A DNA stretch of 64,000 nt from Roseibacillus sp. (GTDB taxonomy: Bacteria; Verrucomicrobiota; Verrucomicrobiia; Verrucomicrobiales; Akkermansiaceae): positions 160,001-224,000 of the forward strand of contig CBDEUM010000029.1 of NCBI GenBank assembly GCA_965242925.1, in the 5' to 3' direction. The notes beneath the pieces are model-generated. The model saw nothing but the letters and a program-made list of their open reading frames with translations, did not search any database and was not told the DNA's origin. Of the stretch, positions 8,718 through 18,997 are shown in pieces. Numbering within the stretch: position 1 is the stretch's first letter; every line of letters starts with the position of its first letter. Position numbers and translations under genes: made by a program.

Positions 8718-10052
8718 ATGCCGAATCAGTTCAAGATCGACCGCCGCGCAGTCCTCAAGGGCATGGCGGGCGTGGCCCTGCCCCTGCCGCTGTTGGAAGC
8801 GATGGGAAAGGAGGTTGCTGAGAAAACGCCCCGGCGATTTTGTGCATTCTACGTCGCCAACGGCATGACCCTTCCCGACCCGAAGCTCGGGATCGACGAT
8901 TGGAGCTGGTTTCCCCGGGCGGAGAAAGCCGGAAAATTCGTCTTTGGAATCCCGACCGAGCCACTGAGTCCCCATCGTGGAAAACTCAGTTTCTTCGGAG
9001 GTTTGCAGCATCTGAACGGGACGAAAAATGATCCTCACGTCTGCTCGGACATGTGGTTGACGGGCGCTCCTCTGCACGATCCCGCGCCCGGAACCTACAA
9101 TACGGTGGGACTGGACCAGGTTGTGGCAGAGCATACCCGGCATCACTGCCGTCGCCCCTCGCTGGTTCTCTCGATTGATGCGGGCACGGGCTACACCTCG
9201 CGCACGGCTACCATTTCATATGATCGTGAAGGCAAGCCCATCCCGGCTGAGAATAATCCCCGGCGTATCTTTGAAAGCCTTTTCAAGAGTAACCGGGGAA
9301 CACTTGAGAGCCAGCGGGCGCAGTTGCGCATGCGCATGAAACTGGTGGATGCGGTTTCCGAAAACGCGAAGGCACTCGACCGGAAGCTCGGGCAGGCCGA
9401 TCGCGAGAAGATGGAACAATACATGACCTCCCTCAACGAATTCGAGTCACGCCTCCAGACCTCCGAGAAGTGGCTCGATATTCCGCTGAAAGAGCAGGAC
9501 TACTCCCACCTGAATCTCGACGCGAATCCTGCTGATGACCCGCAGGCCTATTACCGCACTATGCTGGATCTCATTGCGCTTGCTTTTGACGCCGACATTA
9601 CCCGCAGCGTCACCTTCATGATGAACCGGGAAGATGGCATGGGAATCAGCGATACCTTCCCGCTCAAGCTCGGGATGAGCATGACCCATCACAGCATGTC
9701 CCACAAGAAGGACAGGAACGGGTTGATCGAGTGGGGCAAGTACGACCGGTTCCTGAGCGAGCAGCTGGCCTATTTCCTGAGGCGTATGGATGGTTACCGG
9801 GACAGGCAGGGAACCGTGCTCGATAACACGATTGTCCTCTATGGCAGCGGAGCCAGCACCACGCACAAGAATACCAATCTTCCGACGCTCGTCGCGGGAG
9901 GCGCCAACATGGGCCTCAAGCATGGTCAATACCACCAGGCCGGTGGGCGCATGACCGACATGTACCTGAGCATCCTGCACTCCATGGGAATTGGGGAGGA
10001 GTCCTTCGGGGACAGCCGTGGGACGCTGCGCGATTCGATTTTCGGGGTGTAA
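8718..10052 (+). CDS. DUF1552 domain-containing protein (Tat-like signal)
   Basis: [44 protein letters not shown]; typical partner of the upstream gene family. Confidence 0.9.
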   Translation: MPNQFKIDRRAVLKGMAGVALPLPLLEAMGKEVAEKTPRRFCAFYVANGMTLPDPKLGIDDWSWFPRAEKAGKFVFGIPTEPLSPHRGKLSFFGGLQHLNGTKNDPHVCSDMWLTGAPLHDPAPGTYNTVGLDQVVAEHTRHHCRRPSLVLSIDAGTGYTSRTATISYDREGKPIPAENNPRRIFESLFKSNRGTLESQRAQLRMRMKLVDAVSENAKALDRKLGQADREKMEQYMTSLNEFESRLQTSEKWLDIPLKEQDYSHLNLDANPADDPQAYYRTMLDLIALAFDADITRSVTFMMNREDGMGISDTFPLKLGMSMTHHSMSHKKDRNGLIEWGKYDRFLSEQLAYFLRRMDGYRDRQGTVLDNTIVLYGSGASTTHKNTNLPTLVAGGANMGLKHGQYHQAGGRMTDMYLSILHSMGIGEESFGDSRGTLRDSIFGV

Positions 10053-10067
10053 TCCGTCTCCTGTTCC

Positions 10068-11885
10068 TCAGTCCAGGTAGATAGCCTCGTTGCTGTTCAG
10101 GAGCGCGAGGGCCAGGTCGGACCGCGATCCGGCAGCGAGAAGGTCCTGGGCGATGGCGCGTTCTCCGGGGGTGGGCAAACGCGCGAAGAGAAGCAGGTAA
10201 AGGTGTCCCACGGGATCCTTCTCCGAGGATATCCGATCCGCCAGGGCGGTCGCGATGGTTCCACTGAACTCCGAGTTGAGCAGGGTGAGGGACTGGGTTG
10301 GGGTGGTCGATTTGTTTCGCTGCGGGCAACTGGCGTTACTGTCGGGGCGGTCAAAGACGTCGAAGAGGGGATAGCGCAGATTTCGGCGGACGAAGATGTA
10401 GATACTTCGGCGCAGGTGGTCGGCAGGATCGGTGCTGACCACCCAGTTCTTGTTGCGGATGGTAGCGGTGATCTCACGCGGCAGCGGAGGCCTGACCCCG
10501 GGGCCTCCCGCCTTGCGATTGAGGAGCCCGGCCACCGCGAGGAAGGAGTCCCGAATCGCTTCGCCCTCCAGGCGTTTGCGGGGAGCGCGGGAGAGGAGGA
10601 AGTTGCCGGGATCACGGGAGAGCCGCTTTTGCCAGTCCGGGCCTGATCCCCGGCTGGCCTGCCGGTAGGTCCGGGAGGTCAGAATCAGGCGGTGCATGGC
10701 TTTCAGGCTCCACTTTCGATGCGGCAGTTCGGTGGCGAGCCAATCCAGTAAGGCTGGGTGGGTGGGTTTCTGTCCGGTGCGCCCGAAGTCGTTGGGAGTG
10801 GTCACCAGGGCGCGGCCGAAGTGGTGGAGCCAGAGACGGTTGACGATGACACGGGTGGTGAGCGGGTGGTTGGTCCTGGTGAGCCACGCTGCGAGGGCGG
10901 TGCGACGGTAGGAAGTGGTGGCTCCATCCGGGGTGGCAGGGAGCTGGTCCCCGCCCGGATTGAGGATACGGGGGAAGGCCGGACCAACAGGATCACCGGG
11001 CCGGCGGAAATCGCCGCGCTCCATGACGAAGCTTAGGGGCGGAGCCAGCTGATGCTCCTTCACGTGGGGAAGGAGCTGTCGGCTCTTCTTGGGATCGATT
11101 ACGGTGGCGGCAAAGAAGGAACGGAAGCGGTAGAAGTCCTCGATGCTGATGGGATCGGTCTTATGGGCGTGGCACTGGGCACAACCGAGGGTGAGACCGA
11201 GGAAGGCCTCGCCCACGGTCTGCGTCATCTTGTTCAGGAACTCGTGGCGGCGCTCGGTCGCGAGGTTGATATCGGTCATGTCCGGTCCGGCCATGAGGAA
11301 GCCGGTGGCGAGGCGGGCGTGTTCATCAGGAGGGGCCACTTCGTCGCCCGCGAGCTGATGCCGGAGGAAGCGGTCGTAGGGCAGATCGTCATTGAGAGCC
11401 CGGATGACCCAGTCGCGATAGCGCCAGGCCTCCTTTCTCTCCTGGTCGAATTCAAAGCCGTCACTTTCTGCAAAGCGGGCCACATCGAGCCAGTGCTGAG
11501 CCCAGCGTTCGCCGTAGGAGGAGGAAGAAAGGAGGCGGTCGATGACGTGCTCGTAGGCAGTGGGGCTGGGATCGTTGAGAAAGGCCTCGATTTCAGCAGG
11601 GGTCGGCGGGAGGCCGGTCAGGTCGAAGGTGACCCGGCGCAGGAGGGTGCGGCGATCGGCTTCCGGTGCCACGGCGAGACCCTTTTCGGCAAGCCTTGCG
11701 CCGATAAACCGGTCGATCGGATTCGGGGCGTCCCCTTCAGGGAGCCCGGGGCGCACCGGAGGGCGGAAAGACCAGTGCCGGCGTTCCACGTCGGTGATGG
11801 CGCGCTCGGGTTCGGAGGCCTGAGTTGCGGCCGGGCATCCCAGCAGCAGGAAGACCGGAATTACGATTCTCGGGACTGGTTTCAT
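10068..11885 (-). CDS. DUF1549/DUF1553 (PSD1) protein without N-terminal cytochrome domain
   Basis: Start M at 11885; HWSF, DLTGLPPT, YGERWAQHWLD, CAQCHAHK, HPALLDWLA, RRSIY. Confidence 0.9.
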   Translation of the reverse strand: MKPVPRIVIPVFLLLGCPAATQASEPERAITDVERRHWSFRPPVRPGLPEGDAPNPIDRFIGARLAEKGLAVAPEADRRTLLRRVTFDLTGLPPTPAEIEAFLNDPSPTAYEHVIDRLLSSSSYGERWAQHWLDVARFAESDGFEFDQERKEAWRYRDWVIRALNDDLPYDRFLRHQLAGDEVAPPDEHARLATGFLMAGPDMTDINLATERRHEFLNKMTQTVGEAFLGLTLGCAQCHAHKTDPISIEDFYRFRSFFAATVIDPKKSRQLLPHVKEHQLAPPLSFVMERGDFRRPGDPVGPAFPRILNPGGDQLPATPDGATTSYRRTALAAWLTRTNHPLTTRVIVNRLWLHHFGRALVTTPNDFGRTGQKPTHPALLDWLATELPHRKWSLKAMHRLILTSRTYRQASRGSGPDWQKRLSRDPGNFLLSRAPRKRLEGEAIRDSFLAVAGLLNRKAGGPGVRPPLPREITATIRNKNWVVSTDPADHLRRSIYIFVRRNLRYPLFDVFDRPDSNASCPQRNKSTTPTQSLTLLNSEFSGTIATALADRISSEKDPVGHLYLLLFARLPTPGERAIAQDLLAAGSRSDLALALLNSNEAIYLD

Positions 11886-11886
11886 T

Positions 11887-13296
11887 TCAACCCAGGATGT
11901 CGTGTACGACGGTTCCCGCCACGTCGGTGAGGCGGTCCCGGCGCCCGTTGTGGAGATACGTGAGCTGCTCGTGATCAATACCGAGCAGGTGGAGCCAGGT
12001 GGCGTGCAGATCATGGACGTGGACAGGCTTGTCCTGGGCGCGCAGGCCGATCGCGTCCGTGGAGCCGTAGGCGGTTCCGCCTGTCACCCCGGCTCCCGCC
12101 ATGACAACACTGTAACCCCAGGGATTATGATCGCGTCCGGTCCCCTGTTCGCTCATGGGCATCCGGCCGAACTCGCCACCCCAGATAACGAGAGTGTCCT
12201 CCAGCAGGCCCCGTGCCTTGAGATCGCGGAGCAGGCCGGCGACCGGTTTGTCGGTGGCATTGCAGTAATGGTTGTGGTTCTTGAGGACATCCTTGTGGGC
12301 GTCCCATCCGGTGGTACCACCGGAGTAGAGTTGCACGAAGCGGACGCCACTTTCGAGCATACGGCGGGCGAGGAGACAGCGTGTGCCGAACTCCCGGGTG
12401 TGCTTCTCGTCGATTCCGTAGAGTTTGCGGGTGGCCTCGCTTTCGCGCGAGATATCGACCAGTTCAGGAGCGGCGGTCTGCATCCGGAAGGCGAGTTCGT
12501 ACGAGCGGACCCGGGCACCGAGCTCGTCGTCAAAATCACGCTGGGCGAGATGCTCACCGTTGAGCTTGCGGATGGCATCCAGGACCCGGCGTTGGCGCTC
12601 GGGAGTGATATCCTTTTGGGGATGAAGGTTGAGGATGGGGTTGCTTCCGGGGCGCATGGTAGTGCCCTGGTAGGTGGCGGGGAGAAAGCCGCTGCCCCAG
12701 GCTGGAGGGCCGCCCTTCAGGCCCCCTCCCGGATCAGGAAGGACCACGAAGGCGGGCATGTTCTGGTTCTCGCTACCCAGTCCGTAAGCCACCCAGCTGC
12801 CAAGGCTCGGCTTGCCCATTAAAATGGAGCCGGTGTTCATCTGGTAAACCGACTGTGGGTGGTTGACGCTGTCACCGTGGCAGCTGCGAACGACACAGAG
12901 GTCATCGGCCAGCCCCGAGAGGTGGGGGAGGAATTCGCTGATCTCGAGACCGGATTGTCCGTGGTGGTGAAAGGGCTTGATTGGCCCGAGGAGTGGATTC
13001 CGGGCGACTTCCCTGCGGGTCATGACGGAACCGAAACTCTCCGGGAGTGGTTTGCCCGAGTGCTTCTGCAGGTCGGGCTTGGGATCCCAGAGATCCATGT
13101 GGCTGGGCCCGCCATGCATGAAGAGATAGATCACGCGTCTGGCCTGTCCGGGGAAGTGGGATGGCTTTGGTACGAGTGGACGATTCGTTGTTGCGGCGTT
13201 CCCCTCCCCGGACGGGAGGAGATGGGCCAGGGCCAGGCTGCCGATGCCACCGCCGGAATGGAGGAGGAACTGGCGTCTGCTGGCGGACGGTGGCAT
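11887..13296 (-). CDS. DUF1501 domain-containing protein (Tat signal)
   Basis: SRRQFL; FMHGGPSHMDLWDPKP; GEFGRMP; GRDHNP; HVHDLHAT. Confidence 0.93.
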   Translation of the reverse strand: MPPSASRRQFLLHSGGGIGSLALAHLLPSGEGNAATTNRPLVPKPSHFPGQARRVIYLFMHGGPSHMDLWDPKPDLQKHSGKPLPESFGSVMTRREVARNPLLGPIKPFHHHGQSGLEISEFLPHLSGLADDLCVVRSCHGDSVNHPQSVYQMNTGSILMGKPSLGSWVAYGLGSENQNMPAFVVLPDPGGGLKGGPPAWGSGFLPATYQGTTMRPGSNPILNLHPQKDITPERQRRVLDAIRKLNGEHLAQRDFDDELGARVRSYELAFRMQTAAPELVDISRESEATRKLYGIDEKHTREFGTRCLLARRMLESGVRFVQLYSGGTTGWDAHKDVLKNHNHYCNATDKPVAGLLRDLKARGLLEDTLVIWGGEFGRMPMSEQGTGRDHNPWGYSVVMAGAGVTGGTAYGSTDAIGLRAQDKPVHVHDLHATWLHLLGIDHEQLTYLHNGRRDRLTDVAGTVVHDILG

Positions 13297-13507
13297 CGGA
13301 GATTTCTAGCATTGTGATCGGGTGGAACCAAGCCGCCACCACGCTTTTGTATGCGTTCTCCCCGTCACCATTGATCTCCCGGCGCCGGGGATTCTTCGTG
13401 CCGTTCATGCTGGCGTGCAGTTTGTGCTGTTCCCCCGCGTCTGGAATCGTGCGGCCTGTGGCCACAAACCACTTTCGGGCGAGGCGTTCACGCGTTAGAA
13501 GTCACCC

Positions 13508-14914
13508 ATGAAACGCTTGTGGCCTTTCCTCCTGGTCCTGGCTTCCTGCCTGCACGCCCGGGAGGCACCCAACATCCTTGTCATCATGGCCGATGATTGC
13601 ACCTACAACGATCTGCCGGTCTATGGGGGAGAGAACGCGAAAACACCGAATATCGACAAACTGGCGAAAGAGAGCCTGGTCTTCAACCGCGCCTATCTTA
13701 CGGAAGCGATGTGCCAACCGTGCCGGGCGGAATTGTTCAGCGGGCAGTATCCCATGCGCAATGGCTGTGCCTGGAACCATTCCGCCAGTCGCGATTCGGT
13801 CACCAGCATGCCGCAGCATCTCACCCCGCTCGGATATCGGGTCGGCCTGGCTGGGAAGGTGCACGTGAAGCCGAAGAAGGCGTTTCCTTTTGAGGTGGTG
13901 AAGGGTTTCGATACGAACTGCGTTCGTAATCCCACCCGCCCTCATCAGCTGGAGGGCCTGGTTGAGTTCATGGAGCGGGACCGGAAGAAGCCCTTCTGCC
14001 TGGTGGTGGCGCTGGTGGAGCCGCATATCCCGTGGGTGATGGGAGATGCTTCTCAATATCCCCCGGCCAAGCTGAAATTGCCCCCCAATATCGCGGACAC
14101 GGTGCGGACCCGGCAGGATTTTGCAGCCTACCTGGCCGAGATCACCTACATGGACGGCCAAGTGGGGGAGATTCTCAGGACGCTGGGAAAAAGTGGCAAG
14201 GCGAAGGATACCCTGGTCCTGTTCACTTCGGAACAGGGTTCACAGTTCCCCGGCTGCAAGTGGACCAACTGGGACACGGGGGTGCACACTGCCTTCATGG
14301 CACGCTGGCCGGGTCGGATCGAGGAAGGACGACGCACGGATGCCGTCGTGCACTACGCCGATATCCTGCCCACGGTCCTTGCGCTGGCCGGGGGTGATGG
14401 TTCCAGGCACGCCTATGACGGCAGCAGTTTTGCGGAGGTGCTCCTCGGAAAGGAAGATCGCCACCGCGAGTATGCCTACGGGCTTCACAACAACATTCCG
14501 GAAGGTCCGCGGTATCCGATCCGGACGGTGACGGATGGCGAGTGGCGCTATATCCGGAACCTGCTTCCGGAAGAGATTTACATCGAAAAACACCTGATGG
14601 GAATGAAGGGAACGGGGGTGCTCAACAACCCCTACTGGGCGACCTGGGTGCGGGATTCATGGAACGATCCCCATACCTACAAGGTGGTGCGCCGCTACAT
14701 GCGCCGTCCCGCTGAGCAACTTTACCGCACTTCGCAGGACCCCTACGAAATGAATAATCTGGCTGAAAATCCGGCCTTTGCCGCCATCAAGGCGAGGCTG
14801 AGTGCTGAATTGAATCGCTGGATGAAGGAGCAGGGAGATCCCGGGGCCCCGCAGGACACCCACAGGGCCCATCAGGCCGCCCGGGAGGGGAAGCACCTCT
14901 ACGGGGTAAAGTAG
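13508..14914 (+). CDS. Sulfatase (S1, sulfamidase-like)
   Basis: Signal peptide; PNILVIMADD; formylglycine motif CQPCR; GKVH; DPYEMNNLA. Confidence 0.92.
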   Translation: MKRLWPFLLVLASCLHAREAPNILVIMADDCTYNDLPVYGGENAKTPNIDKLAKESLVFNRAYLTEAMCQPCRAELFSGQYPMRNGCAWNHSASRDSVTSMPQHLTPLGYRVGLAGKVHVKPKKAFPFEVVKGFDTNCVRNPTRPHQLEGLVEFMERDRKKPFCLVVALVEPHIPWVMGDASQYPPAKLKLPPNIADTVRTRQDFAAYLAEITYMDGQVGEILRTLGKSGKAKDTLVLFTSEQGSQFPGCKWTNWDTGVHTAFMARWPGRIEEGRRTDAVVHYADILPTVLALAGGDGSRHAYDGSSFAEVLLGKEDRHREYAYGLHNNIPEGPRYPIRTVTDGEWRYIRNLLPEEIYIEKHLMGMKGTGVLNNPYWATWVRDSWNDPHTYKVVRRYMRRPAEQLYRTSQDPYEMNNLAENPAFAAIKARLSAELNRWMKEQGDPGAPQDTHRAHQAAREGKHLYGVK

Positions 14915-15010
14915 TTCAATAGCGGGGCCGTCCATCCCCGCAGGTCCGTGGGGATTGGAGAAGGGCCGGGCGGGCGCGGTTGTCCGGACACCGGTGAGAA
15001 GATCCGGGAC

Positions 15011-15751
15011 TCACTTCCTCTTCTGCTGGAAGAGCCAGTCGTGAATCTCGGACTGGTTGAAGACCTTGCTGGTGATGAGATGGCCGGCAGGGAGTTCACT
15101 ATACTTGTGTGCGATGCCCTTTTCCTTCAGGGCATTCGAGATGTCCCGGGCCCGCTGGATCTTGACGGATTTGTCGCGGCGACCGTGAAAGATCCAGATA
15201 TTGATGCCCTGGAGGTGGGAGACATCCTTGATGCTGGCGGCTCCGGCCAGGGGAACGGCGGCGGCGAAGAGATCGGGTCGCTTGTCGATGAGATGCCAGA
15301 CACCGTAGCCACCTAGGGAGAATCCGGTCAGGTAGACGCGTTTGGGATCGGCCACCTTGACCTCCTTGAGGAAGTCCTGGAGGAGAGAGAGGACGGAGTC
15401 TCCGGAGCGGGTCATCCAGGCCTGACCGTGATCGCATTGCGGGGCGATGAGGATGCAGGGATGCTGCGGGAAGTTGCGCACGAAGGAAGCGGGCACCGCG
15501 ACCTTGGTCTGTTTGAGGTTGTCGGTCCCGCATTTGGCCGATCCGTGGAGATAGATCACGACCGGGAGGGAGGCGGTGCGGGCGACTTTCTTCGGGGCAT
15601 AGACCTTGTAGACGATATTTCCGTGGGCTCCCCCCACCCAACGGCCGGCAAAGTGCTTCTGGTACTTTCCGAGGAGCGGGTTGGCATGGAGGGGGAGAAT
15701 CCCGGTCAGGGCAAACAGCCCCAGGAGGAGGCGGATGGAAGGGGCAGTCAT
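15011..15751 (-). CDS. Secreted carboxylesterase/phospholipase or peptidase-like alpha/beta hydrolase
   Basis: YLHGS, APQC, GFSLGG, FHGRRD, GH triad pattern. Confidence 0.8.
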   Translation of the reverse strand: MTAPSIRLLLGLFALTGILPLHANPLLGKYQKHFAGRWVGGAHGNIVYKVYAPKKVARTASLPVVIYLHGSAKCGTDNLKQTKVAVPASFVRNFPQHPCILIAPQCDHGQAWMTRSGDSVLSLLQDFLKEVKVADPKRVYLTGFSLGGYGVWHLIDKRPDLFAAAVPLAGAASIKDVSHLQGINIWIFHGRRDKSVKIQRARDISNALKEKGIAHKYSELPAGHLITSKVFNQSEIHDWLFQQKRK

Positions 15752-15784
15752 GTCAGGGCGTGGAACAGGAGCATGGGCCCCGGT

Positions 15785-18700
15785 TCAGGGGCGCACCAGT
15801 CGCAAAAGCCTGCGATCCCCAACCGGGATAACGCGCACCACATTGAAGCCCGCGGCTTCCAGGACGGGAGCCGGACTGAAGGACCAGGGGAACTGGTCCG
15901 GTCTCGGAGATTCCTGGAGGAAAAACTGGCCTGCTTCAGGCAGAAGGGGCCAGGAGATGGTGACGCTGCCGTCGGGCAGGACGCGGAAGGATGGGTCGGG
16001 AAGGGGCGGGAGGGCATTTGTACTTCCGCCCCGGCTCGTGAGGATCCCGTTGACGGTGAGGTCGTGATCTCCTCGTCTGCCATCGACAAAGTGCAGCAAC
16101 ATGCGATCGCCGTCGATCTGTGCGCCGGTCGTGCCGTCATAGGAGAAGTCATACCAGTGAGGAACGGGATTGTCCGGGGTTGGACCGAAGCCATGAAAGC
16201 CATCACCCAGTTGCTCGCTGGAGGCCAGAACGGCCACGGTGACAGAACCTCCATTCGGGAGTCCAACCAGATCGAAATGCCAGATTTCGTGCGGGAATTC
16301 CTGACTGGTCAGGGGAGGCAGGGCGAGGAGGGATTCAGCGGAGACGCTCCTCATCGTCATCCCCTCCGAGGTGGCGATGGTGAGTGACCCCGAGAGGAGG
16401 ACCGGAAAGGAGGCGACATGCCCCTGTCGGGCGTCTGGAACTCCGTCCTCGTTTGCGTCCCCCGTAGCCAGTCCCTCTTCCAAGCTGTCGCTGATGCCGT
16501 CACCGTCGGTATCTGTGGGCCCCTCGATACGGATCCACTCGCTGTATTCCGAAGTATTGAGAGAACTGTTGGTGATGGAGGCGCGGATGTGGGACCCACG
16601 CAGATCAATCGCACTTTGCAGGTCGAAGGTGAAGGGGATGACCGGGGAGGTGTGGTTGAGAGGAATGATCTCCGAGTACTGGGAACCGAACACCGTGGTA
16701 GTGGGCATGGAGAAGACGATCTCAAGTTGGTAGCTACCTGCGGATGCTCCGGGAAGATGACCCACGCATTGAACGGTGTTCCCGTCCTGGACGACGCGCT
16801 GTAGAACGGGGGGGTTGATCTTGTGATTGCCGCCCTCGTCGAGGTCATCCGGATCGGGGGCGTCACGCCCGTCTCCTTCCGGTCCCGTGGAGAGGTCGAT
16901 ATCGAGGTGTCCGTTGTCGGCGATGAAATTTCCGTGGAGCCGGTTGTTTCCGCCACCGCTCACCAGGATTCCCTCCAGATGGTTATGGACGATGTTGTTT
17001 GCCTCGAGGGATTGTGGCCGGCCTCCGATTCGGTTATCGCTGCTGTCCAGGATGTGAATGCCACGCAGGTTGGGGCGGGGAACGGGAGCCTCGGGGCCGA
17101 AGGGAGCCTGGGCTCCGATCAGGTTTCCGTGCACCCGGTTCAACCCCGGGATGTAGGAAACCGGCCCGGGAGGCGAGGTGAGGAGGATTCCGGTGGGATT
17201 GGAGTAGATCTGTCCACGATCGGCGAGGAGGGATCCGCCGATCAGTGTCTGACGTCCTTCGCAATGTACTCCACACTCTCCATTTTCGGATGATCGGAGT
17301 CCCTTCAATTCGTTCCCGATGCCACGCACCAGGACGCCGGAGCGCAGGTTGCAGTGCGTCTCATTGCCCTCCAATACGGCGTGATCGCACTCAAGTGCGA
17401 TTCCATTACCTGCATTGCGCAGGGAGAAGGGAGTCAGGCGGGCACCCGTGATATTGTTGCTCAGGGTAGTGCCACTGGCGTCCCCGATGACGCGGATGCC
17501 GTCAGCCCCGTTGCCCTGCACCCTGCATTCCGTGATGGTGTTGCCGGGGGCCTGATGGAGAACGATCCCACCCAGGAAGCCGGCGGCGATGGATTCCCAG
17601 GGGCTTGTTTCGTTCAGACTGGTGAAGTGGATGCTGCTGTTGGCGAGGTTGCTGTCGAGGGCAGCAAAGGAAGGCATTGAGGTGCGCGGGGAGGGGGAGA
17701 GGAGGAGATTCCCGAAGGCAATTCCCGGGCCGAGCAGGTTGCTGGAATGGGTCCCGGGGAACGAGCCACCCACTGTGGTCGATATCGTGTTGCCGGTGGC
17801 CTCGGGGCCAAAGACGCCGATCCCGCCCACCCAGTTGCCGGCGATATGGCAGTTTGAAATGACATTGCCGGGGCATTCGATCCGGATTCCGTAGCCTTCA
17901 TTGCCAGCCCCGGTCTCTCCCACGGGCGCGAGACCAAGATAGCAATCCTCGATCCGGTTTCCTCCCCCGCCCTTGAGAAGGATGCCGCTGGGATTGGGGG
18001 CGGCAGGACCGGGAATCCCGCCAAAGGCGGCAGAGCGGAAGCGGGTGAAAGACAGTCCTCGCAGGGTGGAGTCACCTCCGGAGAGAACCAGTCCATCTGA
18101 ACTGTTTCCCTCGGGAAGGTTTTTTCCGCTGATCTCCACGGCGAAGGAACCGGGGCCTGGCTGTGTCGTTCCGTCGATCAGGATTGATCCGGTTGCTTCA
18201 GGGAGAGGTGACTGCAGGGTGATGCGGGGATTTTCCCCGACCGGCATGTTGAATCCGATCGTGTCGAGGCCCTCACGCCGGTTTGCCAGTTCCAGAGCGG
18301 CGCGGAGGGTGATCTGTTCGCCCGGGGTGGCCGGATCAGCATCCAGCCATTCGTCGAGAGGATCAGGATCGCCGAGATCCCGGTCGTCATTGACAATGAG
18401 AAAGGACAACATACGGACGCGAAAGGTGCGGCTCTGAGGCAGGCTGTTCCCATCAACCGGGGTAGCCGTGAGAGTGGTGGTCCGGATGGAATGCTCCGGA
18501 GTGCCGGCGCCGAAGAAGGCTGCCTGGATCGTGAGACCACCGGCTCCGGGATCTACGCTGAGGGTAACCCCTGCAGGAGAGAGGATCCCGGACGTAATGT
18601 TTTCGAGATTGTTGGCGAGGTAGACGACCGCCCAACTGGTTTCGGTGTTCTCCACGGCCTTGATCACGAACTCCCGGGCGGCAGGGCGATTGTTGAGGAT

Positions 18701-18823
18701 GGTAAACTCGTGAAGGGTGTTCTGATCGGAGCGCAGAATGCTCGTGATCCTGTCCTGCCCACTGAGGGGGAGGGAGAGAATCAGGAAGAGGGTTGTGGCA
18801 AGGGTGCGAACGATGAAGGGCAT
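15785..18823 (-). CDS. Large secreted right-handed beta-helix protein with Ca-binding DxDxDG motifs, a choice-of-anchor-U-like domain and a verrucomicrobial C-terminal module
   Basis: Signal peptide; repeated GNxxxGI beta-helix turns; DTDGDGISD; GPTPDNPVPHWYDF.YDGTTGA...DGRRGDHD; tail VTISWP...FLQES...W...RLLRL. Confidence 0.8.
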   Translation of the reverse strand: MPFIVRTLATTLFLILSLPLSGQDRITSILRSDQNTLHEFTILNNRPAAREFVIKAVENTETSWAVVYLANNLENITSGILSPAGVTLSVDPGAGGLTIQAAFFGAGTPEHSIRTTTLTATPVDGNSLPQSRTFRVRMLSFLIVNDDRDLGDPDPLDEWLDADPATPGEQITLRAALELANRREGLDTIGFNMPVGENPRITLQSPLPEATGSILIDGTTQPGPGSFAVEISGKNLPEGNSSDGLVLSGGDSTLRGLSFTRFRSAAFGGIPGPAAPNPSGILLKGGGGNRIEDCYLGLAPVGETGAGNEGYGIRIECPGNVISNCHIAGNWVGGIGVFGPEATGNTISTTVGGSFPGTHSSNLLGPGIAFGNLLLSPSPRTSMPSFAALDSNLANSSIHFTSLNETSPWESIAAGFLGGIVLHQAPGNTITECRVQGNGADGIRVIGDASGTTLSNNITGARLTPFSLRNAGNGIALECDHAVLEGNETHCNLRSGVLVRGIGNELKGLRSSENGECGVHCEGRQTLIGGSLLADRGQIYSNPTGILLTSPPGPVSYIPGLNRVHGNLIGAQAPFGPEAPVPRPNLRGIHILDSSDNRIGGRPQSLEANNIVHNHLEGILVSGGGNNRLHGNFIADNGHLDIDLSTGPEGDGRDAPDPDDLDEGGNHKINPPVLQRVVQDGNTVQCVGHLPGASAGSYQLEIVFSMPTTTVFGSQYSEIIPLNHTSPVIPFTFDLQSAIDLRGSHIRASITNSSLNTSEYSEWIRIEGPTDTDGDGISDSLEEGLATGDANEDGVPDARQGHVASFPVLLSGSLTIATSEGMTMRSVSAESLLALPPLTSQEFPHEIWHFDLVGLPNGGSVTVAVLASSEQLGDGFHGFGPTPDNPVPHWYDFSYDGTTGAQIDGDRMLLHFVDGRRGDHDLTVNGILTSRGGSTNALPPLPDPSFRVLPDGSVTISWPLLPEAGQFFLQESPRPDQFPWSFSPAPVLEAAGFNVVRVIPVGDRRLLRLVRP

Positions 18824-18997
18824 TCCCGACGGTAACTAGTGGTAAATAGGCCGAGCGAGACTCTGGCGCAGGTCCTGGGTCAGGCAAGTCTTGAAAAGGA
18901 AGGAGCCGGATGGGGCGGGAACAGCACATGAAGGGGTGAGGGCGGGGAATGCTCTTTTCTTGCGGTCATCGGGGGAATGGCGTAACGCCTCGGGACC

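Noticed and set aside
13300..13500. Small gene or RNA between DUF1501 and the sulfatase
   Set aside because: No recognisable motif; consistent with a divergent promoter region.
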